Shown piece after piece: positions 30,001 through 36,287 of a DNA stretch of 64,000 nt. Under the pieces are notes generated by a model. That model was given only the letters and a program-made list of their open reading frames with translations. It searched no databases and had not been told where the DNA came from. How positions within the stretch are numbered: position 1 is the first letter of the stretch; each line of letters starts with the position of its first letter. The stretch spans positions 492,020-556,019 of the forward strand of contig JALRHH010000001.1 in the NCBI GenBank assembly GCA_023253175.1, read 5' to 3'. Made by a program: the position numbers and the translations under genes. Source of the DNA: Candidatus Saccharimonadia bacterium. Its GTDB lineage: Bacteria > Patescibacteriota > Saccharimonadia > Saccharimonadales > JALRHH01.

Positions 30001-33000
30001 CCGTCACCACCTGTTGCAAATGCCTGACAGGTAATCGTGTCACCTAGCTGCGTGATTGCCGAGCCGGCAGGACAGGCAGCTGGGTAGTTGCTGAGCGCTG
30101 TCCAGTCTACCGTACCAGCACTGCTAATCGTAACGTTGTCCTGGATGTATGCATCAGAAATTGCAGTACCGTTCCAAGTACCAACCGTAACCGTGCCAAC
30201 CCCTGTAATGCCAGTGTAGCTACCACTTATACGTGCAGAGGCAACCGTTCCAGAAGTCAACTGACTTGCGTTGAGGCTCGTAAGACTTGCCCCACTACCG
30301 CTAAAGTCGGTTGCAGTAACGGTGCCACTGAATGTTCCGGCACCGGTAACGTTCAGATCGCCACTACTGAGCGTGAGGTTACCAGCTGTGAGTACAAAGT
30401 TATTACCGGTATCGAGTGTTAGCGTACCGGCAGATTGTAGTAGCGTGCTTGATGTGAGCGTCTTAGTACCATTGAACATTGCAATTCTGTTGTTAGTACC
30501 GCTGCCGCTAATGTCACCAACGCCGCCGACACCCGCACAGTTACCAGCAGTCGTACAAACATCATTACCACCTTGCTGTAAGCTAGCGGTAAAGTTGGCG
30601 TTGGCGTTGAGCCGGGCAACGGTTGCATCAACAGCAACATCATTAGCGTTCACTGTAATACCGCTGCCTGCACCGATGTTAAGCGTGTTTGTACCGCCAA
30701 GTGCTGTTGTGCCACCACCCGTCAGGCCATTGCCTGCGCTTATCGTGATACTGTCATTAACGAGCTTAGTGTTAGTAATACTTGCATCTGCAATTCGTGC
30801 AATATTGAGTGTGCCAGTTGCATTACCAAGATCAAGGTAGTATGCGCCATTCTGTCCCTGTAACAGAGCAGCATCAACGTTAGTCAAGTTTGATCCATCT
30901 AGAACGGGCAATGCGCCAGTGTTATTCAGCTGGACCAGCTGGTCAGAGCCATTAAATACGTTACCCTGTAGCGTGACGTCAGCGCCCAATGCCAGAGTAA
31001 TTGTATTAGATCCGTTGTCGTTAACAGTAATTTGGCCAGTTGTACCCTGTAGAGTTAGTGCACCCGAGAGACTGTTCAGCGATGCAACACCACTTCCACC
31101 ACCGCCAGTAGCGGCGTTTAGCTGAGCCAGGGTAACAAACTCGTCATTTTGGGTTGCGTCAGCACCACTGACAGTACCAGTAAACGTACCCGCGCCAGTA
31201 ACATTTATGTCGCCGCCAGCAAGCACAAAATCGACACCATTATCGAGTGTCAATGTGCCGGCGGATTGCAATAGATATGAATTAACAATATTCTTAGCAC
31301 CGTTAAAGAGTGCAATTCTATTAGCCGTACCACTGCCGCTAATATCGCCTGTGCCGCCAACACCAGCACAGTTACCAGTCGTTCGACAAACAGTGTTATC
31401 AACCGCAATGTCGTCTGCATTGACCGTGATACCATCACCCTGACCAATATTGAGTGTTGCGCTACCACCAAGCGCAATGCTACCACCGTTAATCAAACCA
31501 CCGCCAGCAGTCACTGTTAGTGAACTGTTCTGCAGCTTTGCATTAGTCAATGAGCCGTCTGCAATACGTGCCACGCTAAGCGTGCCGCTGGAAATATTAC
31601 TTGCGTTCAAGCTAGTAAGACCACTGCCGTTACCACTAAAGCTTGTTGCGGTTATAGATCCAGATGCATTTACATTACCAATTAGCTCCACGCCGTTAAA
31701 CGCATCCAATATGATCTGGCCAGTGCTATTGTGGATCTCTATGTCTGCACCGATTGATGTTTCGCTAATTATCTCTGTTTGAATATTAGGTGATAGGAGG
31801 CTGACACCGACAGATGCACTACCATTAATTATTCCATCTCCATTAATCCAGAAATTTGCTGCCTGTGCACTCGCATTCTGGTTTTGGATATAGTTACCAG
31901 AACCGCTACCCGCGGCAAAAGTTGTACAAGTAATAGTGTCGCCAAGCTGAGTAATAGCCTGGCCGGCAGGACACGCAGCTGGGTAGTTGTTAAGCGCAGT
32001 CCAATCAACGGTACCGCTACTACTTATCGTAATATTATCTTGAATGTAAGCATCAGCAATAGCATTTCCGTTCCAGGTACCAGTAGTGACTGTGCCAAGT
32101 CCTGTGATGCCAGTGTAACTACCCGATAGGCGGCCACTAGGAACAGTTCCGCTCGCAAGGTTTGAAGCGTTAAGATTTGTAAGGTTAGATCCGTCGAGAA
32201 CTGGTAATTCACCACTTGCCCCAAGCCTTACAAGCTGGTTTACTCCGTTGAAGGTATTACCTTGTAGCGTAACCGCACTATTAAGACTTAGTGTCAGTGT
32301 GTCTGTACCGTTACTTGAAATTGTAATCTGGCCAGCTGTTCCCTGGAGACTCAGGTCACCCGCCAAGGTGTTAAGTGAATCAACGCCGCCGCCTACACCA
32401 CCGATTGCAGCGTTAAGCTGTGAAAGTGTTACGAATTCATCATTTTGGGTTGCGTCGGCACCACTTACCGTACCACTGAAGTTGCCGCCGCCCGTTACAT
32501 CGACGTTGCCATTGCTTAATACCAGATTGCCGCTGGTGAGCACAAAATTGTTTCCACTATCTAAAGTAAGAGCGCCTGCTGATTGCAATAATGTACTCGA
32601 TGTCAGCGTCTTGGCACCGTTAAATAGTGCGATACGTCCGTTACCGCCCGTGCCACTAATATCACCATTGCCGCCAACACCAGCACAGTTACCAGTCGTT
32701 CGACAAACAGTGTTATCAACCGCAATGTCGTCTGCATTGACCGTGATACCATCACCCTGACCAATATTGAGTGTTAGCGAACTTCCAAGTGAAACGGAAC
32801 CACCGTTTATAAGCCCTGCCCCTGAAGTAACCGTAAGACTGCTGTTCTGAAGTTTTACGTTTGTAATGTTACCGTCGGCAACTTTAGCCGTTGTAACATT
32901 TCCATCCGCGATCTTACTGGTAGTAATCGCATTATTTGCAATAGTCACTACCCCTAGTCCAGAGATTGTTGCATCACCACTGACTGAAGTATTTTCCCAT

Positions 33001-34736
33001 CGTGTATTTGCACTGTTATAGATGAGGATCTGACCGTTACTGGATCCCGTAATGTTTAGATTCGCACCCTGTAAGCGAGCAATCGTTGGGTTCGGATATG
33101 ACCCCGTTAAGTCGCCGCCTGCAGTGCCAGCTGCAGCACAGTTGCCAGTACTCACACAAACTGTTCCCGTCAATGCCGGGAATGTGATTGTGCTTGAACC
33201 AGAAGGAGCTGCAAAAGCTAGTGTTGTAATGTTTGCACCACTGCCTGCCGAAATACTACTGTTAGAAGCACCTTGTAGCGTGAATTGCTGCGATGGAGCG
33301 CCAACCGTTAGTGCCGCAGATGGAGTAATCGTGTTGAGTGCGGTCGTGCTTGTGATATCACCGTTTGCACCACTCGCTGCAGCGCCAAGATTACCACGCG
33401 CGCCACCGGCTGTATTTGATCCTGTACCACCATTCGCGATTGGCAACGTACCTGCTACATCAGTAGTAAGATCAATTGCAGTCACAACTCCCAGTGTTCC
33501 ACCAGTTGATCGAACAAACCCATTGCCAAGTCCACTTATAGTCAAAGAACCACCAACAGTGGTATTGCCATTATTGCTAATCGTGAACCTATCGACGCCA
33601 CCTGACTGCATGTGAATCAAGTTACCGCCGCCCGTATCGTTAATAAATATAGAGCTGTCTGCCGTGCCATCAACCTGTGCAGTTCCAGGAGAAAGAATAA
33701 CTGCAGTTCCGCTACCTGTTGCACAGGTAGCACCAGTAGTACATATAGTCTGCACTGCCCCACCAGTTGCTGGCAGAGAGAACACACGGCCACCGGCCAC
33801 AAATGTAATAGAATCGTTACCTGCGTTAATACTGACGCTATTGCCGGCAGCAGTTTGTACTAATGTGTTCGCCCTAATCTGCCCACTCGGAGAAAGTGAT
33901 AGGCTGCCAAATTGTACATTTGCATTTGCATCTAGGTCCTGAGGAGTCGTGATCGTAACAACACCATTGGTTGTTGCTACATTAATCCTATTAACTGAAC
34001 CCTGGAGGCTGACCGAACCAGTCTGGCCGTTCAGCTCGGTAACACCTGCAGGTGGAATCGTTACCTGACCAAGGGACTGTACGAGTGCATTCAGGTCATT
34101 AACCTGAGATTGGAGTGAGTCTGACTGTCCCTGTAGGGCATCAGCTGTGTCCTGGCTCGCGTAGCCACAATTATTAGTATCAAGACAAATTGTCCCGCTT
34201 GTACCTGGTAATGTAACCGTCTGGTTCGCCGTAGGATTCTGTACGCGTATCACCGTCATAAAACCACCATCCGATATCTTGAGACTGCCCCTTGTAATAA
34301 TATCCCCACTTACGAGCAATGACTGCTGGGCACCCTGGAGTTCATTAGGAATCTTAGAGTCGTTTGAGTCTTCGATCTTAACGTCTTGCTGAACCGCAGT
34401 CTGTGAACTCTTGTCATCACTAGGGCCCTTGCGAACCAAGAATGCCATCGCACCGATCGTGATCATCAGTACAAGCGCAGTAATGAGCGTAGATACAATC
34501 ATAGCCTTGCGGCGAGAGAAGAAAGTACTAAACCTCAGATGCTTTTTCGGCTGAGGATGCCCAGACTGAACGGGCTGTTGCTCGGTGTGAACTTCTAGCG
34601 CATTCTCAAGAGATTCAAGCCGATAATCGGATACACCACTCGCATAGCTCTGAACCGTCTGCGAATCATCAACAGTTCGACCACCCTGTGAGGGCAGGTT
34701 ATAGTCATTCGACTCGTTAGGGTTTTGTGGGTTCAT
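24012..34736 (-). CDS. Giant fibre-like surface protein (3574 aa) with three tandem beta-helix (tailspike/depolymerase-like) modules
   Basis: ATG at 34736 and a TM helix (MIVSTLITALVLMITIGAMAFLV). The N-terminal half has three ~440-aa fibre repeats, each ending NYPAACPAG.AITQLGDTITC...GNYIQNQNASAQAANFWINGDG. Three beta-helix modules follow. The C-terminal domain (MNYYKWTTTQGTNQDYDIVVQVPVPSDF...IYLDYKSKF) is homologous to that of the 2768-aa protein. Confidence 0.9.
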   Translation of the reverse strand: MNPQNPNESNDYNLPSQGGRTVDDSQTVQSYASGVSDYRLESLENALEVHTEQQPVQSGHPQPKKHLRFSTFFSRRKAMIVSTLITALVLMITIGAMAFLVRKGPSDDKSSQTAVQQDVKIEDSNDSKIPNELQGAQQSLLVSGDIITRGSLKISDGGFMTVIRVQNPTANQTVTLPGTSGTICLDTNNCGYASQDTADALQGQSDSLQSQVNDLNALVQSLGQVTIPPAGVTELNGQTGSVSLQGSVNRINVATTNGVVTITTPQDLDANANVQFGSLSLSPSGQIRANTLVQTAAGNSVSINAGNDSITFVAGGRVFSLPATGGAVQTICTTGATCATGSGTAVILSPGTAQVDGTADSSIFINDTGGGNLIHMQSGGVDRFTISNNGNTTVGGSLTISGLGNGFVRSTGGTLGVVTAIDLTTDVAGTLPIANGGTGSNTAGGARGNLGAAASGANGDITSTTALNTITPSAALTVGAPSQQFTLQGASNSSISAGSGANITTLAFAAPSGSSTITFPALTGTVCVSTGNCAAAGTAGGDLTGSYPNPTIARLQGANLNITGSSNGQILIYNSANTRWENTSVSGDATISGLGVVTIANNAITTSKIADGNVTTAKVADGNITNVKLQNSSLTVTSGAGLINGGSVSLGSSLTLNIGQGDGITVNADDIAVDNTVCRTTGNCAGVGGNGDISGTGGNGRIALFNGAKTLTSSTLLQSAGALTLDSGNNFVLTSGNLVLSNGNVDVTGGGNFSGTVSGADATQNDEFVTLSQLNAAIGGVGGGVDSLNTLAGDLSLQGTAGQITISSNGTDTLTLSLNSAVTLQGNTFNGVNQLVRLGASGELPVLDGSNLTNLNASNLASGTVPSGRLSGSYTGITGLGTVTTGTWNGNAIADAYIQDNITISSSGTVDWTALNNYPAACPAGQAITQLGDTITCTTFAAGSGSGNYIQNQNASAQAANFWINGDGIINGSASVGVSLLSPNIQTEIISETSIGADIEIHNSTGQIILDAFNGVELIGNVNASGSITATSFSGNGSGLTSLNASNISSGTLSVARIADGSLTNAKLQNSSLTVTAGGGLINGGSIALGGSATLNIGQGDGITVNADDIAVDNTVCRTTGNCAGVGGTGDISGSGTANRIALFNGAKNIVNSYLLQSAGTLTLDNGVDFVLAGGDINVTGAGTFTGTVSGADATQNDEFVTLAQLNAATGGGGSGVASLNSLSGALTLQGTTGQITVNDNGSNTITLALGADVTLQGNVFNGSDQLVQLNNTGALPVLDGSNLTNVDAALLQGQNGAYYLDLGNATGTLNIARIADASITNTKLVNDSITISAGNGLTGGGTTALGGTNTLNIGAGSGITVNANDVAVDATVARLNANANFTASLQQGGNDVCTTAGNCAGVGGVGDISGSGTNNRIAMFNGTKTLTSSTLLQSAGTLTLDTGNNFVLTAGNLTLSSGDLNVTGAGTFSGTVTATDFSGSGASLTSLNASQLTSGTVASARISGSYTGITGVGTVTVGTWNGTAISDAYIQDNVTISSAGTVDWTALSNYPAACPAGSAITQLGDTITCQAFATGGDGGVTTIGAIDSQTKSANGAVISGVNLYLQTADASNPGLVSTGNQTFAGNKTFNGSVVLAASQSLTITGGNTASRPASPTEGMLYFDTTTKQLLVYANGKWQADRSTATKIVAASNAPQSVKDAADYVANGSTDEAVINAALTAATGGKVYLTEGTYTTAGTILVPNDTTLEGAGKNSTVIRLSVGATVDNLIENSNTSSAQGVSLRNMTLSGVFTTGVQHAIHLVSSSANPNNDLSNIGISGWTGSTVYLDGIQLNSIVSSTTSGAVVLINGAIVSKFSNTTAGSMSLNGSQIDSFNNNIVNGDVSLSNNSGIIGFDGNYINGRVTLNSSAIVQFADNTTSELYITSPTTLGVPMTVSGNTIITSNASLDAINLVDADSVRIIGNTIVDGAGTSGYAININATTDGAYIADNNLGGLGINDLGTNTTYGGQTNASGNFMIQPAGSGTIELMKNTNVTGTLNVSSNLDTNGSLTVGNANQFVISNTGVVTSGTWNGSVLTDAYVSDTLTISNAGTVDWQALNNYPAACPAGQAITQLGDTITCAVFAAGSGSGNYIQNQNASAQAASFWINGSGRVNGDFSAGGVLYTDEIDVLTSGIGLKIGDNAAGITFGSSGVGSVFNGEVTIASSMTLTITGGNTGSRPAGSEGMIYFDTTTKKLLVYSNGKWQADRSDAILVAASNSSQSDKDAADYVANGNTGAAADGDQVEINQALTAASGKKVVLLAGTYTIDAAVSVPNNTVISGVGQGTIITIPNSFNTNINALSLGNNVTVRDMQLDGNLSNQTSGTMYGVYLNASTGTKATNVASNNWRNAGFLFATANGNTVTNSIAQGNGSMGISLSGSSDNILTDNLLQNNVSYGIYMTGVDPTISGRNTVSGNNISGGATGIYIYTDSVPANNNITGNVVQGSTSAGISLNTATSNLISGNSVHDSGGVSLNQAILLIGSGGNTISSNLITDTSATGTNSAIVLTAVSTANYLADNSLGGGSISDNTPTSNTYGGQANASGNFMIQPAGSGTIELMKNTNVTGTLNITSDVDTNGSLTVGNANQFVISNTGVVTSGTWNGTALIDAYVSDTLTISSAGTVDWQALSNYPAACPAGQAVTQLGDSITCAAFAAGSGSGNYIQNQNASQQTTANFWISGTGRADTSFTTPLLDTATAVALNIGTTNATQINLNKNVVVAASQSLTITGGNTASRPVSPTEGMLYFDTTTKQLLVYANGKWQADRTEAVIVAASDSSQTDKDAADYVANGNTGAAADGDQVEINQALTAASGKKVVLLAGTYTIDASISVPNNTTLTGVGSNTLITIQNTFNTSIDAITNTTTGGNGTGIVIQNLRLDGNTTNQSSGTMRGIYLNGVGSGNTGTAVQGAKLTDLWVNNWRTSNMSLNSTANSYVSDISMKNAVSGSVVSLMIDGTSINNTFTDNEILGGTHGIYIVTSTSSNNTFTSNIVDSTNNKGIYVSSGYNNFTGNTVRNVNGDGFFLETATASNNNITGNTIQSNNEGIHTTGNASQNLISGNNIVSNSVYGIEINGGSANIVSSNKFHSNGGNTTNNAIYIPNSSSNSIVGNSINDTSATTNNYAINLGVSSSSNYIAGNTLGGGSINDASSTNIYGGQVNSSTNYVVQPAGTIELMKNTNVTGTLNITSDVDTNGSLTVGNANQFVISNTGVVTSGTWQAGTIGLLYGGTNNTSYTTNGIVYSNGTSLVSTGAGTTGQCLIATTGGAPSWTSCTATTLQGAYDASSPATILLADNKNLQFTAADTATDPSIIMKLNCTACGTGATGNFLVQNNGGTALFSIAGNGDIQLGTATNGISLSSAVNGGAFTLSGNAQNTKRINLIAEYPSVVLDPDLTNNTGTMTSGYDSASRMNYYKWTTTQGTNQDYDIVVQVPVPSDFASWANSNLVTVSAYTTDATNGTISITAIDTAGTTICNNISVTPTAGYNAGLWRAPSTACALSSGTYTPGAYMTFRIKLQSPNGGDTRVGNIYLDYKSKF
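25076..26452 (-). repeat. Beta-helix module 3 of the 3574-aa protein
   Basis: QSLTITGGNTASRPVSPTEGMLYFDTTTKQLLVYANGKWQADRT ... GKKVVLLAGTYTIDASISVPNNTTLTGVG ... PbH1-like turns (NTFTSNIVDSTNKGIYVSSGYNNFTGNTVRNVNGDGFFLE...) ... TNYVVQPAGTIELMKNTNVTG. Confidence 0.6.
26926..28118 (-). repeat. Beta-helix module 2 of the 3574-aa protein
   Basis: MTLTITGGNTGSRPAGSEGMIYFDTTTKKLLVYSNGKWQADRS ... GKKVVLLAGTYTIDAAVSVPNNTVISGVG ... NNVSYGIYMTGVDPTISGRNTVSGNNISGGATGIYIY ... GNFMIQPAGSGTIELMKNTNVTG. Confidence 0.6.
28631..29822 (-). repeat. Beta-helix module 1 of the 3574-aa protein
   Basis: QSLTITGGNTASRPASPTEGMLYFDTTTKQLLVYANGKWQADRS ... TGGKVYLTEGTYTTAGTILVPNDTTLEGAG ... GNFMIQPAGSGTIELMKNTNVTG. Confidence 0.6.
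31352..31458. repeat. Intragenic direct repeat, copy A (107 bp, 100% identical to 32669..32775)
   Basis: Base-by-base comparison at a 1317-bp offset. Encodes NIGQGDGITVNADDIAVDNTVCRTTGNCAGVGG in both copies. Confidence 0.95.
32669..32775. repeat. Intragenic direct repeat, copy B (107 bp, identical to 31352..31458)
   Basis: See copy A. Confidence 0.95.
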
Positions 34737-34789
34737 GTATTTTTAACTTTTTTGTTTTGCTCTTTTGCGAGCTGTATTCACTAACAAAA

Positions 34790-34797
34790 ATTATACA
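34790..34797 (-). promoter_or_regulatory. Candidate extended -10 (TGTATAAT) for the 3574-aa/1588-aa operon
   Basis: Minus-sense ...GTTATTTTGTATAATTTTTG..., ~50 nt upstream of ATG 34736. No convincing -35. Confidence 0.35.
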
Positions 34798-35031
34798 AAA
34801 TAACACCGGTCACAAACAACGGTCAAGTAATAATTTTTTTATGCATTTTTAAGCCTGTAAATATACTTAAATACTGCAATAAGGTATCTAAAAAGGTTGA
34901 TTTTTATACAACTTACTCAAATATAACTCTTATGCTTTAGAGTGTCTTATGGAAGAATCTTGTGTAGATCTATTGTATTAATGTAGAAACTATCACAACA
35001 ATAATAATTGAACTAAAGGATACTTTAGGTT

Positions 35032-35040
35032 TTATCCACA
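35032..35040 (+). promoter_or_regulatory. Perfect TTATCCACA 9-mer (function unknown)
   Basis: Read directly: tttatccacagg. It lies 5 nt beyond the TAG stop (35047..35045) of the 35045.. gene. The minus-sense reading is CCTGTGGATAAA. Confidence 0.3.
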
Positions 35041-35044
35041 GGAC

Positions 35045-35878
35045 CTAATACCAAAGAATACCGTAAACTGCCGCAAGACCGACAGCGAGTACGCCAATTG
35101 CTACAAGAATGATACGGAACATTTCCCGGCGAATCATTTTTCGGGCCAATGGGTTCCTCCCCAGTGCCGTAACTGCACTTGTAACGGCGCCATAGATAAT
35201 GCCTCCCTCAGCGATCAAAACGAGTATAAAAATTATCAAAGCGGCCAGAACCCGTATATCACTCACCTGCTTACCGGTCACAGATTCGCCAATTTTTGAC
35301 AAAGGAGAAGGTTCAATAGTCCTTCCGGCATTCGCCCCTTGCTTATTAAGGTTTATCTTGAGCTTAACTATTCTTGTAGATTTGCTGGCACTATCTTCTA
35401 TATAGGTATATCGGATCGCATCCTTTTCCTCTACATCCGCGCTATCTTGTGCGGCAACTCCTACAATGGTGCCGCTTGCGGTTTCACTGCCCTTCATGAG
35501 CACGCCCTTAAATGCAGATAGCATAAGGAGATCACCCTTCTTCACAGCTCCCGCAACATCACTAACATAGGCAGTAACATCGCCTTCACTCTCTACAAGG
35601 ACCTTAGAGCTCTCGGAAGCCACCGTAACTGATGAGTCATCTACAGTAGTCACTACACCGACGATGCGCTTACCACTTGTTTGATCAGCCCGCTCGACCT
35701 CAGAATCACCTGATTCACTTAATGCAGCGACCATTCCGACAGTCAGACTGGTATCACTCGTAGCGTAACCCCGGGCTATAGCATAAATATAACTAACTGA
35801 GCCAAAGAAAAAAACGCCCACGACTGACAATGCGAGCACAGCTGCAATATATCTGTTTTTCTTTACTACAGTAAGCAT
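35045..35878 (-). CDS. Hypothetical membrane protein (~277 aa): N-terminal anchor, soluble middle, C-terminal two-helix hairpin
   Basis: The ORF track starts at 35914; I prefer ATG 35878 (MLTVVKKNRYIAAVLALSVVGVFFFG). The C-terminus is LAALIIFILVLIAEGGIIYGAVTSAVTALGRNPLARKMIRREMFRIILVAIGVLAVGLAAVYGILWY. Confidence 0.55.
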   Translation of the reverse strand: MLTVVKKNRYIAAVLALSVVGVFFFGSVSYIYAIARGYATSDTSLTVGMVAALSESGDSEVERADQTSGKRIVGVVTTVDDSSVTVASESSKVLVESEGDVTAYVSDVAGAVKKGDLLMLSAFKGVLMKGSETASGTIVGVAAQDSADVEEKDAIRYTYIEDSASKSTRIVKLKINLNKQGANAGRTIEPSPLSKIGESVTGKQVSDIRVLAALIIFILVLIAEGGIIYGAVTSAVTALGRNPLARKMIRREMFRIILVAIGVLAVGLAAVYGILWY

Positions 35879-36061
35879 TAACGTTACCTTGCTAGCTAGT
35901 ATACAAGTAAGCACGAAAAGTAGCGAGCACTACATAGGCATAAATCTAAAAACCGGTAGCCATGAGAACCTGCCCAAAAGCAAGACTACATATACTGGCC
36001 AGCAAAGCCATGTAACGCGCAAGGCCTTATCCAAAATAATTATCGCAATCCAAATGTAGGC

Positions 36062-36095
36062 AATTAAAAAAGCAGGGATTGCGAGTTTCCCTGCT
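36062..36095 (-). terminator. Rho-independent terminator
   Basis: Minus-sense AGCAGGGA-AACTCGCAA-TCCCTGCT followed by TTTTTAATTG. Perfect 8-bp stem (36071..36078 / 36088..36095). It lies ~190 nt downstream of the stop at 36288. Confidence 0.7.
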
Positions 36096-36260
36096 TTTAA
36101 ATATATCGTTTTTGTTTTTGTTTGGTTTGGAGTTTTTCGGTTTAAAGTTTTGGTCCTTAAACCGCTACTCAAAACCTGGTTATGATTATGCTTTATGCTG
36201 AACTTATATGCAAGTACTTTTGAACAAAAAAGTGGTTCACTTTCCACAGGCCTGCACACA

Positions 36261-36269
36261 TTATCCACA
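36261..36269 (+). promoter_or_regulatory. Perfect TTATCCACA 9-mer, with a 1-mismatch copy (TTTCCACAGG, 36241..36250) 21 bp away
   Basis: Read directly: cactttccacaggcctgcacacattatccacagtg. Confidence 0.3.
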
Positions 36270-36287
36270 GTGCAATATTCACCCCTG

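Noticed and set aside
14142-32775. Diversity-generating retroelement (template/variable repeat pairs) as an explanation of the near-identical repeats
   Set aside because: There is no reverse transcriptase in the window. Mismatches at the repeat borders are mixed transitions and transversions, not adenine-specific.
24969-33942. Plus-strand ORFs (e.g. 28329..28763, 30271..30840, 32248..32760, 33052..33615) opposite the 3574-aa gene
   Set aside because: These are the same antisense artefact. Their repeats simply reflect the repeats of the real minus-strand gene.
10358-34736. CRISPR-like periodicity
   Set aside because: The repeats have periods of 870-1710 bp, are in frame and are coding. There is no short repeat/spacer architecture and there are no cas genes.
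35930-36268. 112-aa minus-strand ORF in the intergenic region
   Set aside because: It spans a strong rho-independent terminator (36062..36095). It has no SD, and its composition is odd.
19062-36269. Replication origin (oriC) inferred from the DnaA-box consensus sites
   Set aside because: The sites are spread over 17 kb. There is no dnaA/dnaN neighbourhood and no clustered boxes with an adjacent 13-mer-type unwinding element. They are kept only as a motif observation.
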